64,000 nucleotides of DNA, taken from Gammaproteobacteria bacterium. Lineage in GTDB: Bacteria; Pseudomonadota; Gammaproteobacteria; JBCCGL01. This document shows positions 52,980-63,258 of the stretch, in pieces. The stretch's first letter is position 1. Each line of letters starts with the position of its first letter. A program made the translations under genes and the position numbers. The stretch spans positions 3,552,001 to 3,616,000 of the forward strand of contig OZ255836.1 in the NCBI GenBank assembly GCA_965277715.1, read 5' to 3'. Below the pieces are notes generated by a model. The model saw nothing but the letters and a program-made list of their open reading frames with translations, searched no databases and was not told the origin of the DNA.

Positions 52980-54211
52980 GCCAATGTAAACTGTTGATTG
53001 CCTTCTGGTAGCATCAACTCTACCTGGTCACCGACGCGAATTTTATTTTTGACTTCAATGGTTAACAAACTATCATCGTTATTTTCCTGTGAATCGATTT
53101 CACCGGCAAATCGTTGGGTGCCCATTTGTGTGCCGCCCTGATTATAGTTTTGCAGTTCTTTGGGGACATGTCGTCGGTAAAACCCTTCGGTGTAACCACG
53201 GCTGGCCATGCCATCAAGGTCGTGTAATAGAGCCATATTAAATTCCCTGCCAGCGTGCCAGTCATCAATGGCGCGCCGGTAGAGCTGGGCGGTACGGGCG
53301 GTATAAAAATGGGATTTGGTCCGGCCTTCGATTTTTAGTGAGCTGATACCCACGTCCGCTAATTTAGCGACGTGTTGAATTGCACGCAGATCTTTAGAAT
53401 TGAGAATATACGTGCCGTTTTCGTCTTCCTCTATCGGCATAAACTCGCCCGGTCGGGATTTTTCTTCCAGTAGGTAAACGGGTTGTTCATCTACTTTTGT
53501 CTCTGGCTTATTGGTTTCAGTCGCGTCTGTTTCAGGGCTAAATTTACCAAAGGCGGAGGTGGTGGGTGTGGTATCGCCCTTGTCATCAACGGCACCTTCG
53601 CTAACACCATATTGCCAGCGACAGGCATTGGTACAGGCTCCCTGGTTTGGATCGCGGTGGTTGAAATACCCAGAGAGTAAGCAACGACCCGAATAGGCGA
53701 TACACAAGGAACCGTGAACAAACACTTCGAGCTCCATTTCTGGGCACTGTTGCTTGATTTCTTCGATTTCCTCCAGACCTAACTCGCGAGACAGGATAAC
53801 CCGCTTCAACCCGACCGACTGCCAAAACCTGACCGATGCGGCATTCATGGTATTGGCCTGAACTGAGAGGTGAATCACTTGCTCGGGCCACTTTTCACGC
53901 ACCAGCATAATTAACCCAGGGTCTGCCATGATCAGCGCATCTGGCTTCATTTCAAGGATTGGCTGCATGTCGCGCAGGTAGGTTTTCACCTTATTGTTGT
54001 GTGGTAGTACATTACTGGCAACAAAGAAGCGTTTACCCCGCTGATGCGCGTAATCAATGCCACTGCGCAGGTTCTCCATGGAAAAATCGTTATTGCGGGC
54101 GCGTAGGCTGTAGCGTGGCTGACCGGCGTAAACCGCATCCGCACCATAGGCGAATGCATAGGTCATATTTTTAAACGTGCCAGCGGGCGAAAGCAGTTCG
54201 GGGGCTTGCAT
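52838..54211 (-). CDS. trhP: Peptidase U32-family tRNA hydroxylation protein (YegQ/TrhP)
   Basis: PELLSPAG, GADAVYAGQPRYSLR, HGSLCIAYSGRCLLS, CTNACRW, LKIEGRTKS. Confidence 0.92.
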   Translation of the reverse strand: MQAPELLSPAGTFKNMTYAFAYGADAVYAGQPRYSLRARNNDFSMENLRSGIDYAHQRGKRFFVASNVLPHNNKVKTYLRDMQPILEMKPDALIMADPGLIMLVREKWPEQVIHLSVQANTMNAASVRFWQSVGLKRVILSRELGLEEIEEIKQQCPEMELEVFVHGSLCIAYSGRCLLSGYFNHRDPNQGACTNACRWQYGVSEGAVDDKGDTTPTTSAFGKFSPETDATETNKPETKVDEQPVYLLEEKSRPGEFMPIEEDENGTYILNSKDLRAIQHVAKLADVGISSLKIEGRTKSHFYTARTAQLYRRAIDDWHAGREFNMALLHDLDGMASRGYTEGFYRRHVPKELQNYNQGGTQMGTQRFAGEIDSQENNDDSLLTIEVKNKIRVGDQVELMLPEGNQQFTLAHMENMRGEKMLLAPGSGHRIRIAVPESANNAEFGLLMVNACTSSRE

Positions 54212-54315
54212 AATGTAAATCAACTCGTGCTGATGGTGCCTATAGCGTTTACAACGACTGAATAGGGTATCGTAAAACTACGGTGCTTGCCGTCGGTTCA
54301 ACTGATTAACTCAGG

Positions 54316-55632
54316 CTAAGCCTGGACGCTTGGGCTTGGGCGTTTTGGCCGCCGATGCCTCGGTTTGCCGCTGCGACCATCTTTACTGTTACGTGACCTG
54401 TCACCGCCTTTTTTAGATGGGTGGTCACGTCTTCGTTCGGTGAAGATGGGTTTGTCAAGCGCGACCAATAGCTCGTCAGTGATATCGCTAACAGTGATAG
54501 TGTGGCCAATATAAGTTTCGATTTCCGGTAGTGAAAAAGCGTATTCTTCGCAGGCAAAGCTGATTGCATCACCACTTTTACCGGCACGTGCCGTGCGCCC
54601 GATGCGGTGTACATAATCCTCTGCTTGTTGAGGCAGGTCATAATTAAATACATGGCTGACTTCTGGTACATGCAGGCCGCGTGCCGCGACATCGGTGGCA
54701 ATCAGTACGGGTAATCCGCCGCTTTGAAATTCTTCCAGTAGTTTTTGGCGTTTGCGTTGGGGTACGTCACCAGACAGGGTGGCGGCTTTAAATCCATTGC
54801 CGCGCAGGTAGGCAGTAATCTTCTCTGCACTGCGCTTTGTATTGACAAATATCATCGAGCGCGGTGCCTGCAAGGCGCGCATCAAACCGACTAATAAGGG
54901 GATTTTTTCCTCACTGGCGGGGTGGTACAGGTACTGACGGACATTGTCAGCCGTAATATTGTCGGTTTCAACCACCAGCCGTTGTGGGTTGTTCATGTGT
55001 TCGTAGGCCAACTCCAACACGCGATGTGACAGCGTGGCCGAAAACAACATACTGAGTCGCTGGTTGGGCGGTGGCATGTGACGAAACAGGTAGCGGATAT
55101 CGGCAATAAAACCGAGATCGAACATACGGTCAGCCTCATCCAGAATGGCTACTTGTAGTGCCTTGAGGTCAAACAACCTCTGTTTAAAATAATCGATCAG
55201 TCGACCCGGTGTACCGATTAATACATCGACGCCGGATTCGAGCATGGTGCGTTGTTGTTCGTAACCTGTACCACCGTAGACCAGCCCGATTTTTAGATTA
55301 GTGTGTCTACCCAATTGCCCGGCGTCTTTATGAATTTGGATTGCCAGCTCACGGGTAGGCGCTACAACCAGAGCGCGTGGTTGTTTGGCTAAACGGTGCT
55401 CACTGGCGGGGTGTTTATGCAGATGGGCAAAGGTTGCCAACAAAAATGCGGCTGTTTTGCCTGTGCCGGTCTGTGCCTGCCCCGCTACATCACTACCCTG
55501 TAGCGCAACAGGTAAGGCCAGCGCCTGGATTTCTGTGCAAAATGTGAAGCCACAATCGTCCAGTGCGTGCAGCAGGGGTGCGTGCAAGTCCAGCGAAGCA
55601 AAAGAGGTAGAACTAAGGTGCGTGTCGCTCAT
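54316..55632 (-). CDS. rhlB: DEAD-box RNA helicase RhlB
   Basis: MSDTHLS, AQTGTGKT, LDEADRMFDLGF, HRIGRTAR; divergent from trxA. Confidence 0.93.
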   Translation of the reverse strand: MSDTHLSSTSFASLDLHAPLLHALDDCGFTFCTEIQALALPVALQGSDVAGQAQTGTGKTAAFLLATFAHLHKHPASEHRLAKQPRALVVAPTRELAIQIHKDAGQLGRHTNLKIGLVYGGTGYEQQRTMLESGVDVLIGTPGRLIDYFKQRLFDLKALQVAILDEADRMFDLGFIADIRYLFRHMPPPNQRLSMLFSATLSHRVLELAYEHMNNPQRLVVETDNITADNVRQYLYHPASEEKIPLLVGLMRALQAPRSMIFVNTKRSAEKITAYLRGNGFKAATLSGDVPQRKRQKLLEEFQSGGLPVLIATDVAARGLHVPEVSHVFNYDLPQQAEDYVHRIGRTARAGKSGDAISFACEEYAFSLPEIETYIGHTITVSDITDELLVALDKPIFTERRRDHPSKKGGDRSRNSKDGRSGKPRHRRPKRPSPSVQA

Positions 55633-55837
55633 GGGCGGCAAGGATACAGTATTTCTATTGCCTCGTTTTATAAAATAGCGTGCTGGAAAAAACTGGAGGG
55701 GGGAGTTACGCGGAATGCGGAATTCGTGGCATAATTGCCATTTTGAAAGATTTGATGCTATAAGCAGCTGTTGTCAGCTTGCTTTCCCGATGCATTAAAG
55801 CCGATTTACGACGATTAATCACCTGAGGAAAATCATA

Positions 55838-56164
55838 GTGAGTGACCCTATAGTCGCTGTATCCGACGATAGTTTTGAGTCTGAAGTACTACAGTCTGAT
55901 AAGCCTGTACTGGTAGATTACTGGGCCGAGTGGTGCGGCCCTTGCAAAATGATAGCGCCGATTCTGGCAGAAATCGCACCGAACTACGCCGATAAGATCA
56001 AAATTGCCAAGCTTAATATTGATGATAACCCCAATACGCCACCAAAATATGGTATCCGTGGCATCCCGACACTCATGCTGTTTAAAGGCGGGGCAGTGGA
56101 TGCAACCAAGGTGGGCGCTTTATCGAAATCGCAATTGATGGCGTTTATTGACGAAAATATTTAG
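55838..56164 (+). CDS. trxA: Thioredoxin 1
   Basis: [16 protein letters not shown]. Confidence 0.97.
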   Translation: MSDPIVAVSDDSFESEVLQSDKPVLVDYWAEWCGPCKMIAPILAEIAPNYADKIKIAKLNIDDNPNTPPKYGIRGIPTLMLFKGGAVDATKVGALSKSQLMAFIDENI

Positions 56165-56280
56165 CATCTCCAGAAGGCCCAACGGTCTTCTGGTTGCAAT
56201 TGGCAGCACAGATGTTATCTGAGTCGTTGAGGCCCAGTGTGTGGTTTTTAAATAAAATGCCAAATAAAATGTGACAAGAC

Positions 56281-56443
56281 TGGACGAACGGCAAATGCCG
56301 TGCTAAATTCAACGCAATCTCCAAACAAGTAGTTCTTTCCCGCACGCTCGGGATTCCCAAACGATTAAGACACCCAGTATTCCTGAGCTATCTCACAGCT
56401 CTTACTGTTTCTTTGGTTTCACTCAGCACACTAACCTCAAAAC
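56281..56443 (+). promoter_or_regulatory. rho promoter and C-rich, G-poor leader (candidate autoregulatory rut region)
   Basis: TGGACG-N17-TAAATT with extended TG; ~130-nt leader with C>G and no clear SD. Confidence 0.6.
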
Positions 56444-57700
56444 ATGAATCTAACAGACCTGAAAAAGCAATCTGCGGCAGACCTTATCGGTGTTGCCCAA
56501 TCTGTCGGCATTGAAAACGTCGCTCGATCACGCAAGCAAGATATTATCTTTTCTATCCTTAAGGCACAGGCCAAAAAAGGCGAGGATATTTTTGGTGGAG
56601 GGGTATTGGAAATTCTCCAGGACGGCTTTGGTTTTCTCCGTTCGGCAGACAGTTCCTACTTGGCCGGGCCGGATGATATCTATGTATCGCCCAGCCAGAT
56701 TCGTCGCTTTAACTTGCGCACAGGCGATACGATTACAGGCAAAATTCGCCCCCCAAAAGACACCGAGCGTTATTTTGCGCTGCTCAAGGTGGATGAAATT
56801 AACTTCAGCCCACCAGAAAATACGCGCAACAAAGTGTTATTTGAGAATTTAACACCGCTACATGCCAATAGGCGCTTAAAAATGGAACGTGGCAATGGCA
56901 GTACGGAAGATATAACGGCGCGTATTATCGATATTGCGGCACCCATTGGTAAAGGGCAACGCGGGTTGATTGTTTCGCCGCCCAAAGCGGGTAAGACGCT
57001 GATGTTGCAGAATATCGCGCAAAGCATTTCGGCTAATCACCCCGAGTGTTACCTGATTGTTTTACTGATCGATGAACGACCGGAAGAGGTCACCGAAATG
57101 GAGCGTATGGTACAGGGAGAGGTTGTGTCGAGTACCTTTGATGAACCTGCCAGCCGCCATGTGCAGGTTGCTGAAATGGTTATCGAAAAAGCCAAGCGAT
57201 TGGTCGAGCACAAGACGGATGTAATCATTCTGTTGGATTCGATTACGCGTTTGGCACGTGCTTATAATACGGTGGTGCCATCTTCAGGCAAGGTCCTGAC
57301 CGGCGGGGTTGACGCCAATGCATTGCACCGACCCAAACGTTTTTTTGGGGCGGCACGCAATATTGAGGAAGGTGGTAGCCTGACAATTCTCGCTACAGCG
57401 TTGATTGATACAGGCTCTAAAATGGATGAAGTCATTTACGAGGAATTTAAAGGTACGGGTAATATGGAGCTGCACCTGGATCGGCGTATCGCCGAAAAAC
57501 GCGTTTTCCCTGCCATCAATGTCAATCGTTCTGGCACCCGCCGTGAAGAGTTGATTATGGATCAGGAAGAGTTGCAAAAGGTGTGGATTTTACGTAAGTT
57601 TCTACACCCGATGGATGAAATTGAGGCGGTGGAATTTTTGCTGGGTCGCTTGCAACAAACCAAAACCAATGACAATTTTTTTGAGGCGATGAAACGTTAA
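56444..57700 (+). CDS. rho: Transcription termination factor Rho
   Basis: [37 protein letters not shown]. Confidence 0.99.
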   Translation: MNLTDLKKQSAADLIGVAQSVGIENVARSRKQDIIFSILKAQAKKGEDIFGGGVLEILQDGFGFLRSADSSYLAGPDDIYVSPSQIRRFNLRTGDTITGKIRPPKDTERYFALLKVDEINFSPPENTRNKVLFENLTPLHANRRLKMERGNGSTEDITARIIDIAAPIGKGQRGLIVSPPKAGKTLMLQNIAQSISANHPECYLIVLLIDERPEEVTEMERMVQGEVVSSTFDEPASRHVQVAEMVIEKAKRLVEHKTDVIILLDSITRLARAYNTVVPSSGKVLTGGVDANALHRPKRFFGAARNIEEGGSLTILATALIDTGSKMDEVIYEEFKGTGNMELHLDRRIAEKRVFPAINVNRSGTRREELIMDQEELQKVWILRKFLHPMDEIEAVEFLLGRLQQTKTNDNFFEAMKR

Positions 57701-57764
57701 ATGAAAATCGCACTCTCCACAGGGTAAACAACAGGATTAAGTATATAACGCCATTGAGCAAGCA

Positions 57765-60056
57765 ATGTTTAAGTCAGCCCTTCTTTTTGTACTTTCACTC
57801 TTTCTGGCCAGCCAGGCCATTGCTGTTGGTCGTGTTCTTGCACCGGCGGTTGATCCTGAATCGACAGGCATCAGCAGTGTTGCCGATATAGAGGCCGATG
57901 TACTACTCGACCTCAAACCGGATGAAGTCGATGAGTTCCTCGCACCGCTCTCAGACCAGCAATCGCGGCAACTGTTGATCCATTACCTCAGGCAGGTAAC
58001 AGACAAGGCGCAAATTGAAAAAGTCGAGGTGACCGAGAGCAGCGTCGCCGGGTTTTTACAGGCGATACAAAACCGTGCTGTAGAAATTGCCAGTGCTACA
58101 GATGCCCATCGCCAGGCACTGAACGAACTCGGTGATTCTCTTATCTATATTTTTCGCAATCTCACTGATTTGCGCGGTGCACCGGCGATGTGGGAAGGGT
58201 TGCTGGCGTTTGCGGTTATGTTGTTGGTTGGGGGCGTCGCTGTGGTGGTGTTTGCCCGGATCAGTGTAAAAATCCAGCAGCGACTGACGCTGGATGCCGA
58301 CGCCGACATAGTATTGCGTTTGTTATGTGTTGTATTTCACCTGCTTATTGATTTCGTGAAAGTAGTGCTGTTTACCGCCTGTGCCTACGGCATTTCGTTT
58401 GTGTTTTTTGAACGTTTTGACCCTATGCGCTATTTTGCCATCACCTATTTATCGGTGATTGTTGTGGTTTGGATGACCTGGATCGTGTCACGGTTTTTGT
58501 TCTCCCCCAACAATAGCAACACCCGACTGATCGGAATGCCTGACACCGATGCCAAGTCCACACACCGCTGGATTGTGTTGCTCACGGCTGTGTCCAGTAC
58601 CGTATTTCTTACCAGCGGTTTATTAACTATTCTCGGTTTTAAGGCCGAGCTACTACGACTGTATATTATTGCTGGTGGTGCGATTGTCATTGTCCTGTTA
58701 TTGGTCTGGGGTTGGCGGAAACACCTGCGCGTTAGTGAGGCGATGATAGCTAGAATGAACCCGCATTCAGCGGGCTACCGCCTGCGCCTTTCCATCGCGC
58801 AGAGTTGGCATATTATTGCCACGGTTTATCTGGTGGGCCTGTGGTGGGTATGGGCGAGCAATGTATTACTCCAGTGGCAGCAGCAGGCGCAGGCGGCTGT
58901 GTACAGCTTATTGGTATTATTTGTATTGCCATTTGCCGATTATTTTTTTGCGGCGTTGATGCGGTTGCTGCTGAACAACAAATCACGCGAACCAGAGGCA
59001 CAGGCACGCATGAGTGATTTTGTGCAGATTTTACAGCGCTCGCTGCGGCTGGTGTTGATTGTCCTCGCTTTGGTGATATTGTCCAGTGCGTGGAGCAGTG
59101 ACCTGTATGCGATGGCGCAAACGGAAACGGGCAGTATATTGTTAAATTCAGGGTTGAATATTGGGGTCACCTTGTTACTGGCGTTTATCGCCTGGGAAGC
59201 GGTAAAGATCTTTATCGATCCCCACCTTCCAGAAAAACCCAGTGAAGGGGTGCTGGATCTCGAAGGGGACGGCGGTGGTGTTGGTGGTACGCGATCAGAG
59301 ACACTCCTACCACTGTTTCGTACATTTATTTGTATTGTGTTGGTAGTTTCAGTGGTGATGATTGTCTTGTCCTCTCTGGGAGCTGATATTGCCCCATTGT
59401 TGGCAGGTGCCGGTGTGATTGGTCTTGCGATTGGTTTTGGTGCACAAAAGTTGGTGCAGGATATTATTTCCGGCATCTTCTTTTTGGTCGACGATGCGTT
59501 CCGCATTGGAGAGTATGTTGAGGCGGGTACGTTGCGTGGTACGGTCGAGTTTATTTCGCTGCGTTCGATGAAACTGCGTCATCACCTCGGTATGGTACAG
59601 ACAATCCCATTTGGTGAGATTACAGCCATTGTCAACCACAGCCGCGACTGGATTATTATGAAGCTGGAATTTCGTATGGCTTACGACACCAATATCGAAA
59701 AGGTGCGCAAGCTTATCAAAAAAGTAGGGCAGGATATGCAAAAAGACCCACTTTTCAGCGAGCATATGTTGCAACCGTTGAAATCACAAGGCGTGCTGCG
59801 TATCGAAGAGTCAACCTTGATTATGCGCATGAAATTTACATCCGTTCCAGGCCAGCAGTGGGTGATGCGGCGTGAGGCATATCGCCGTGTTCAAGAAGCT
59901 TTTCGCGAAAACAATATTGAATTTGCACACCGCAAAGTATTGGTAGAGGCAGCGCCGGGAACTACCATTTCCCATGATGAGTTGATGCGTGCAGGTGCGG
60001 CCATTGCGGAACAGGATGAGTCATCGTCCAAACCAAAATCGAGTGATGATCGATAA
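57765..60056 (+). CDS. Large MscS-family mechanosensitive channel (YbiO-like) with signal peptide
   Basis: PLLAGAGVIGLAIGFGAQKLVQDIISG, GTVE, many N-terminal TMs. Confidence 0.88.
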   Translation: MFKSALLFVLSLFLASQAIAVGRVLAPAVDPESTGISSVADIEADVLLDLKPDEVDEFLAPLSDQQSRQLLIHYLRQVTDKAQIEKVEVTESSVAGFLQAIQNRAVEIASATDAHRQALNELGDSLIYIFRNLTDLRGAPAMWEGLLAFAVMLLVGGVAVVVFARISVKIQQRLTLDADADIVLRLLCVVFHLLIDFVKVVLFTACAYGISFVFFERFDPMRYFAITYLSVIVVVWMTWIVSRFLFSPNNSNTRLIGMPDTDAKSTHRWIVLLTAVSSTVFLTSGLLTILGFKAELLRLYIIAGGAIVIVLLLVWGWRKHLRVSEAMIARMNPHSAGYRLRLSIAQSWHIIATVYLVGLWWVWASNVLLQWQQQAQAAVYSLLVLFVLPFADYFFAALMRLLLNNKSREPEAQARMSDFVQILQRSLRLVLIVLALVILSSAWSSDLYAMAQTETGSILLNSGLNIGVTLLLAFIAWEAVKIFIDPHLPEKPSEGVLDLEGDGGGVGGTRSETLLPLFRTFICIVLVVSVVMIVLSSLGADIAPLLAGAGVIGLAIGFGAQKLVQDIISGIFFLVDDAFRIGEYVEAGTLRGTVEFISLRSMKLRHHLGMVQTIPFGEITAIVNHSRDWIIMKLEFRMAYDTNIEKVRKLIKKVGQDMQKDPLFSEHMLQPLKSQGVLRIEESTLIMRMKFTSVPGQQWVMRREAYRRVQEAFRENNIEFAHRKVLVEAAPGTTISHDELMRAGAAIAEQDESSSKPKSSDDR

Positions 60057-60101
60057 ATCAATAGATGCCGTGCCACTATCTATAGTGGAATGGTGCCCTC
60101 C

Positions 60102-61385
60102 TTACTCCCGGGCAATTGCCCGGTAGCCAATATCACGCCGGTAATACGCGCCTTCCCATTCGATTTTTTCGACGTTTTGGTGTGCCGTTTGCTGCGCTTC
60201 CTGAACTGAGTTGCCAAGGGCTGCCACACACAATACACGCCCGCCCGCAGTGATTATGTCACCCATGGGATTTATCGCTGTACCGGCATGAAAAACCTTT
60301 ACATCGTGGTTATCGATACCTGACAACCCTGAGATATGGTGGCCTTTTGCATATTCTTCCGGGTAGCCGTCGGCGGCCATGACGACACCCAGCGCGCTGC
60401 GGTTATCCCAATCGGCATCGACCTGATCCAGCTTTTGGTTACATGCGGCAAGGCACATTGCCACCAAATCACCTTTTAACCGCAACATTATCGCTTGCGT
60501 TTCCGGGTCACCAAAGCGCACATTAAATTCGAGCACGCGAGCCGTTCCCTCTTTACTTATCATTACCCCTGCATATAAAAAGCCGGTAAATGGTGTACCG
60601 TCTGCCGCCATACCATCGACTGTTGGGTGAATAATTTTCTGCATAATCTGCTGATGCAGGGAAGCATCGATAATAGGTGCGGGCGAATAGGCGCCCATGC
60701 CGCCCGTATTGGGTCCCTTGTCGCCTTCATCGCGTGCCTTGTGATCCTGAGAGGTCGCCATTGGCAGAATATTTTTGCCATCGACCATACAAATAAAGCT
60801 CGCTTCCTCACCGTCGAGAAAAGCCTCAATTACCACTCTGTGGCCCGCCTCTCCAAAGGCATTACCTGCCAACATATTATTGATGGCTGCCGCTGCCTGT
60901 GTGTGTGTATTGGCGATAACCACACCTTTCCCGGCGGCCAGGCCATCGGCTTTGACAACGATGGGTGTATCCATGTGTTGAGCGTATTCAATGGCAGCTT
61001 GCGCCTGGGTAAACGACTGGTAGGTTGCCGTGGGGATAGTGTGGCGAATTAAAAATTCCTTGCTGAAGGTTTTACTGCCTTCAAGCTGGGCCGCCGCCGC
61101 TGTGGGGCCAAAAATTGTCAGGCCTGCTGCCTGAAACGTATCGACGATGCCCGCAACCAGTGGCACTTCAGGGCCAACTATTGTCAACGCGATGGTTTTT
61201 TCCAGTGCAAAGTGCAGCAGTGATTCAATGTCTTCAGCTTGAATGGGCACATTATGAATGTGGGGTTCTTCAGCAGTGCCGGCATTGCCGGGGGCGACGT
61301 ATACGCATTCAACACCAGCGCCTTGAACCGCTTTCCAGGCTAACGCGTGCTCCCGTCCACCGCCACCAACAATCAGCACTCTCAT
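60102..61385 (-). CDS. purD: Phosphoribosylamine-glycine ligase
   Basis: [48 protein letters not shown]. Confidence 0.97.
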   Translation of the reverse strand: MRVLIVGGGGREHALAWKAVQGAGVECVYVAPGNAGTAEEPHIHNVPIQAEDIESLLHFALEKTIALTIVGPEVPLVAGIVDTFQAAGLTIFGPTAAAAQLEGSKTFSKEFLIRHTIPTATYQSFTQAQAAIEYAQHMDTPIVVKADGLAAGKGVVIANTHTQAAAAINNMLAGNAFGEAGHRVVIEAFLDGEEASFICMVDGKNILPMATSQDHKARDEGDKGPNTGGMGAYSPAPIIDASLHQQIMQKIIHPTVDGMAADGTPFTGFLYAGVMISKEGTARVLEFNVRFGDPETQAIMLRLKGDLVAMCLAACNQKLDQVDADWDNRSALGVVMAADGYPEEYAKGHHISGLSGIDNHDVKVFHAGTAINPMGDIITAGGRVLCVAALGNSVQEAQQTAHQNVEKIEWEGAYYRRDIGYRAIARE

Positions 61386-61437
61386 AACACTCTCCAAAAA
61401 AAGTTGTAATTTTACGTGTAGAGTGGATTGTATTGCA

Positions 61438-61597
61438 TATAAAAGAGGCGGACCTGACTGTCTGCCAATGATGGAGGATTTGTTCAAAGTGTTTGTGACA
61501 TCCTTGTCACAAGCCTCCTTAGTGGCTAAATCTCCTTGTGTCTTTCGTAGACATGTTTATACCTTTACACCGATCCTTGTGTAGTACGTCCCAGTGG
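61438..61597 (-). ncRNA. Candidate CsrA/RsmA-sequestering sRNA 1 (RsmX/Y/Z-like)
   Basis: Five GGA motifs, three in hairpin loops, incl. UUGUGACA-AGGA-UGUCACAA; upstream TGCTATATATT -10; 3' hairpin GGCAGAC/GTCCGCC followed by TCTTTT. Confidence 0.62.
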
Positions 61598-61944
61598 TTT
61601 GAAATATATAGCAGTGTTATGACTAACTCTGTGAGAGTTTACGTATTTATTTGGGTATTATTACCATTTTGAATTTCACACTGCAGTGTGGTTGTGTTCC
61701 GATAAAATACAGTTGGGCGAAAAAATACCTTAAGTATCTGATATAGTTGGTAAAAAACTGAAATTAATGACAGCTAAAAAGAAGCAAAAAAGCACCAAAA
61801 ATGTAGGAAAAACTGTTTCGGTCGATTGAGTTGGTGATTAAATTTTTTTAAATCTATCGCCTTGTTTGTTTTTGTCAGGCAACAGCATTTTCCTGAACGA
61901 CTGGGTAGTGTGTAGCGTTAGTTGGTCGATTGGGGTGTAATGCG

Positions 61945-62052
61945 GGTTGAGCAAGTGCGACATCCTTGTCGCGGCCTCCTCTAGTGGCTCTAATCCATCT
62001 TGGAGCTCTTCCCTGCGGGCTGCAGTTCCGGGGTGCGGCCCGTATCCATTAG
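61945..62052 (-). ncRNA. Candidate CsrA/RsmA-sequestering sRNA 2 (ends uncertain)
   Basis: Six GGA motifs in ~95 nt, four in predicted loops, incl. GCGACA-AGGA-UGUCGC; shares its 3' module with sRNA 1. Confidence 0.58.
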
Positions 62053-62142
62053 CTGTTAGATTAGGTGTATATCTTTTAACGCTCAGTGAACTAATACACA
62101 AATTACCTGTGAAAAAATACCAAAATGGATAATTATTATAAT

Positions 62143-62808
62143 TTAGTAGCTTATGAGGGAATCGGGCAATGTCTTTTCAATGCAAATTGTTTTTTTACCG
62201 ACAGAAATATATTTTTTGTGGCCGAGTTCCCGTAGAATTTTGCTTACTGCTTCTCTGGATGAACCCACTCGATCAGCAATTACCTGATGGGTTAGGCGTT
62301 TGGTATACCACTTGTTCTTCTCTTCATAGGCATCTTTCATCAATACACGCCGTACCCTGCCGTAAACGTTGAGCAGTGCAAAGCTGCTGACTTCATCACT
62401 AAGTGACACTACGCGTTCAATCAATAACTTGATGATATGCTGGGATATTTGCGGGTAGCGCGACATGCAATTGAGAAAATCGTTTTTTGAAATAACCGAG
62501 AAGCAACTGTTTTCCAGCGTAATGACACTGGCTGAACGACGCTGATTACTCAACAGTGCAAGCTCACCAAATGAGTCACCGGGGTATAGCGTGTTTAAGG
62601 TCACTTCGCGACCCTCCTCATCGCTTATGTAGACGCGCACTGAACCACGGGTAATAACGTATAAGGAGTCCGTCTCATCACCCTGGGTGACTACAACTGA
62701 GTGTTTTTTGTAGCTACGGATGGTAGCTACGGCTTCCAGCATATTTAGATCTTCTGATCCAAGATCACTCAACAACGCAATATTTTTCAAACCATAAGAA
62801 GGCGACAT
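62143..62808 (-). CDS. Crp/Fnr-family transcriptional regulator (cNMP-binding)
   Basis: FGELALL...RSASV cNMP pocket; HTH LTHQVIADRVGSSREAVSKIL; no FNR cysteine cluster. Confidence 0.88.
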   Translation of the reverse strand: MSPSYGLKNIALLSDLGSEDLNMLEAVATIRSYKKHSVVVTQGDETDSLYVITRGSVRVYISDEEGREVTLNTLYPGDSFGELALLSNQRRSASVITLENSCFSVISKNDFLNCMSRYPQISQHIIKLLIERVVSLSDEVSSFALLNVYGRVRRVLMKDAYEEKNKWYTKRLTHQVIADRVGSSREAVSKILRELGHKKYISVGKKTICIEKTLPDSLISY

Positions 62809-63015
62809 CGACTCTCCTAAGCAGTAAACCCCAATGCACGCGACTGAGTAACACAGAACTACCATCAGCTTCAAGTTAGCAGCGCATTAGGATGAATATT
62901 TCCCCTAAAGGTGTGATTGACCTGATTAATCTATTGTATCGATTCTTTCTATATACCGGGGTAGATTTTATTGGAGCGATACCTTACCTCAATTGAGGGC
63001 GAGAAAAAATAACTA

Positions 63016-63248
63016 ATCTTTTCCAATACGGGGTGACACCTTATGAAAAAATTCGCTTTTTGCACAGCCCAGGCCAATACTTGGTGCCGGGTATTACACT
63101 GAAACAATTGGATGCATTTACGCATCAAATAACAGACAATGAAACCGCTGATCAATTGAATTCAGCAAAAGATAAGCGCTCTCAAAAACAGTTTGATCGC
63201 AGAATCAAACCCACTATCTTTCAGGTTCCTTTCTGAATTGGACAAAAC
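63016..63248 (+). mobile_element. Internally deleted, MITE-sized IS remnant carrying a transposase C-terminus
   Basis: Imperfect terminal IR (ATCTTTTCCAATACGG vs reverse complement GTTTTGTCCAATTCAG, 11/16); TPYEK...YL.PGIT...LD......DNE.A.QLN resembles a recalled integrase-type transposase tail. Confidence 0.55.
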
Positions 63249-63258
63249 GGGTACTTAA

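Noticed and set aside
61386-61487. N-terminal extension of the PurD ORF (likewise called extensions of RfaH, Wzy, FnlA, FnlC, RmlD and Crp)
   Set aside because: Family similarity starts at downstream start codons; the extensions look like ORF-caller artefacts.
61494-61511. TGTGA-N8-TCACA as a CRP site near the Crp-family gene
   Set aside because: The spacer is 8 rather than 6, and the paralogous copy has compensatory GCGAC/GTCGC changes around the same AGGA loop, favouring an RNA hairpin.
61838-62132. Short ORFs 61838-62101 and 61947-62132
   Set aside because: No recognisable motif; the region is better explained by structured RNA.
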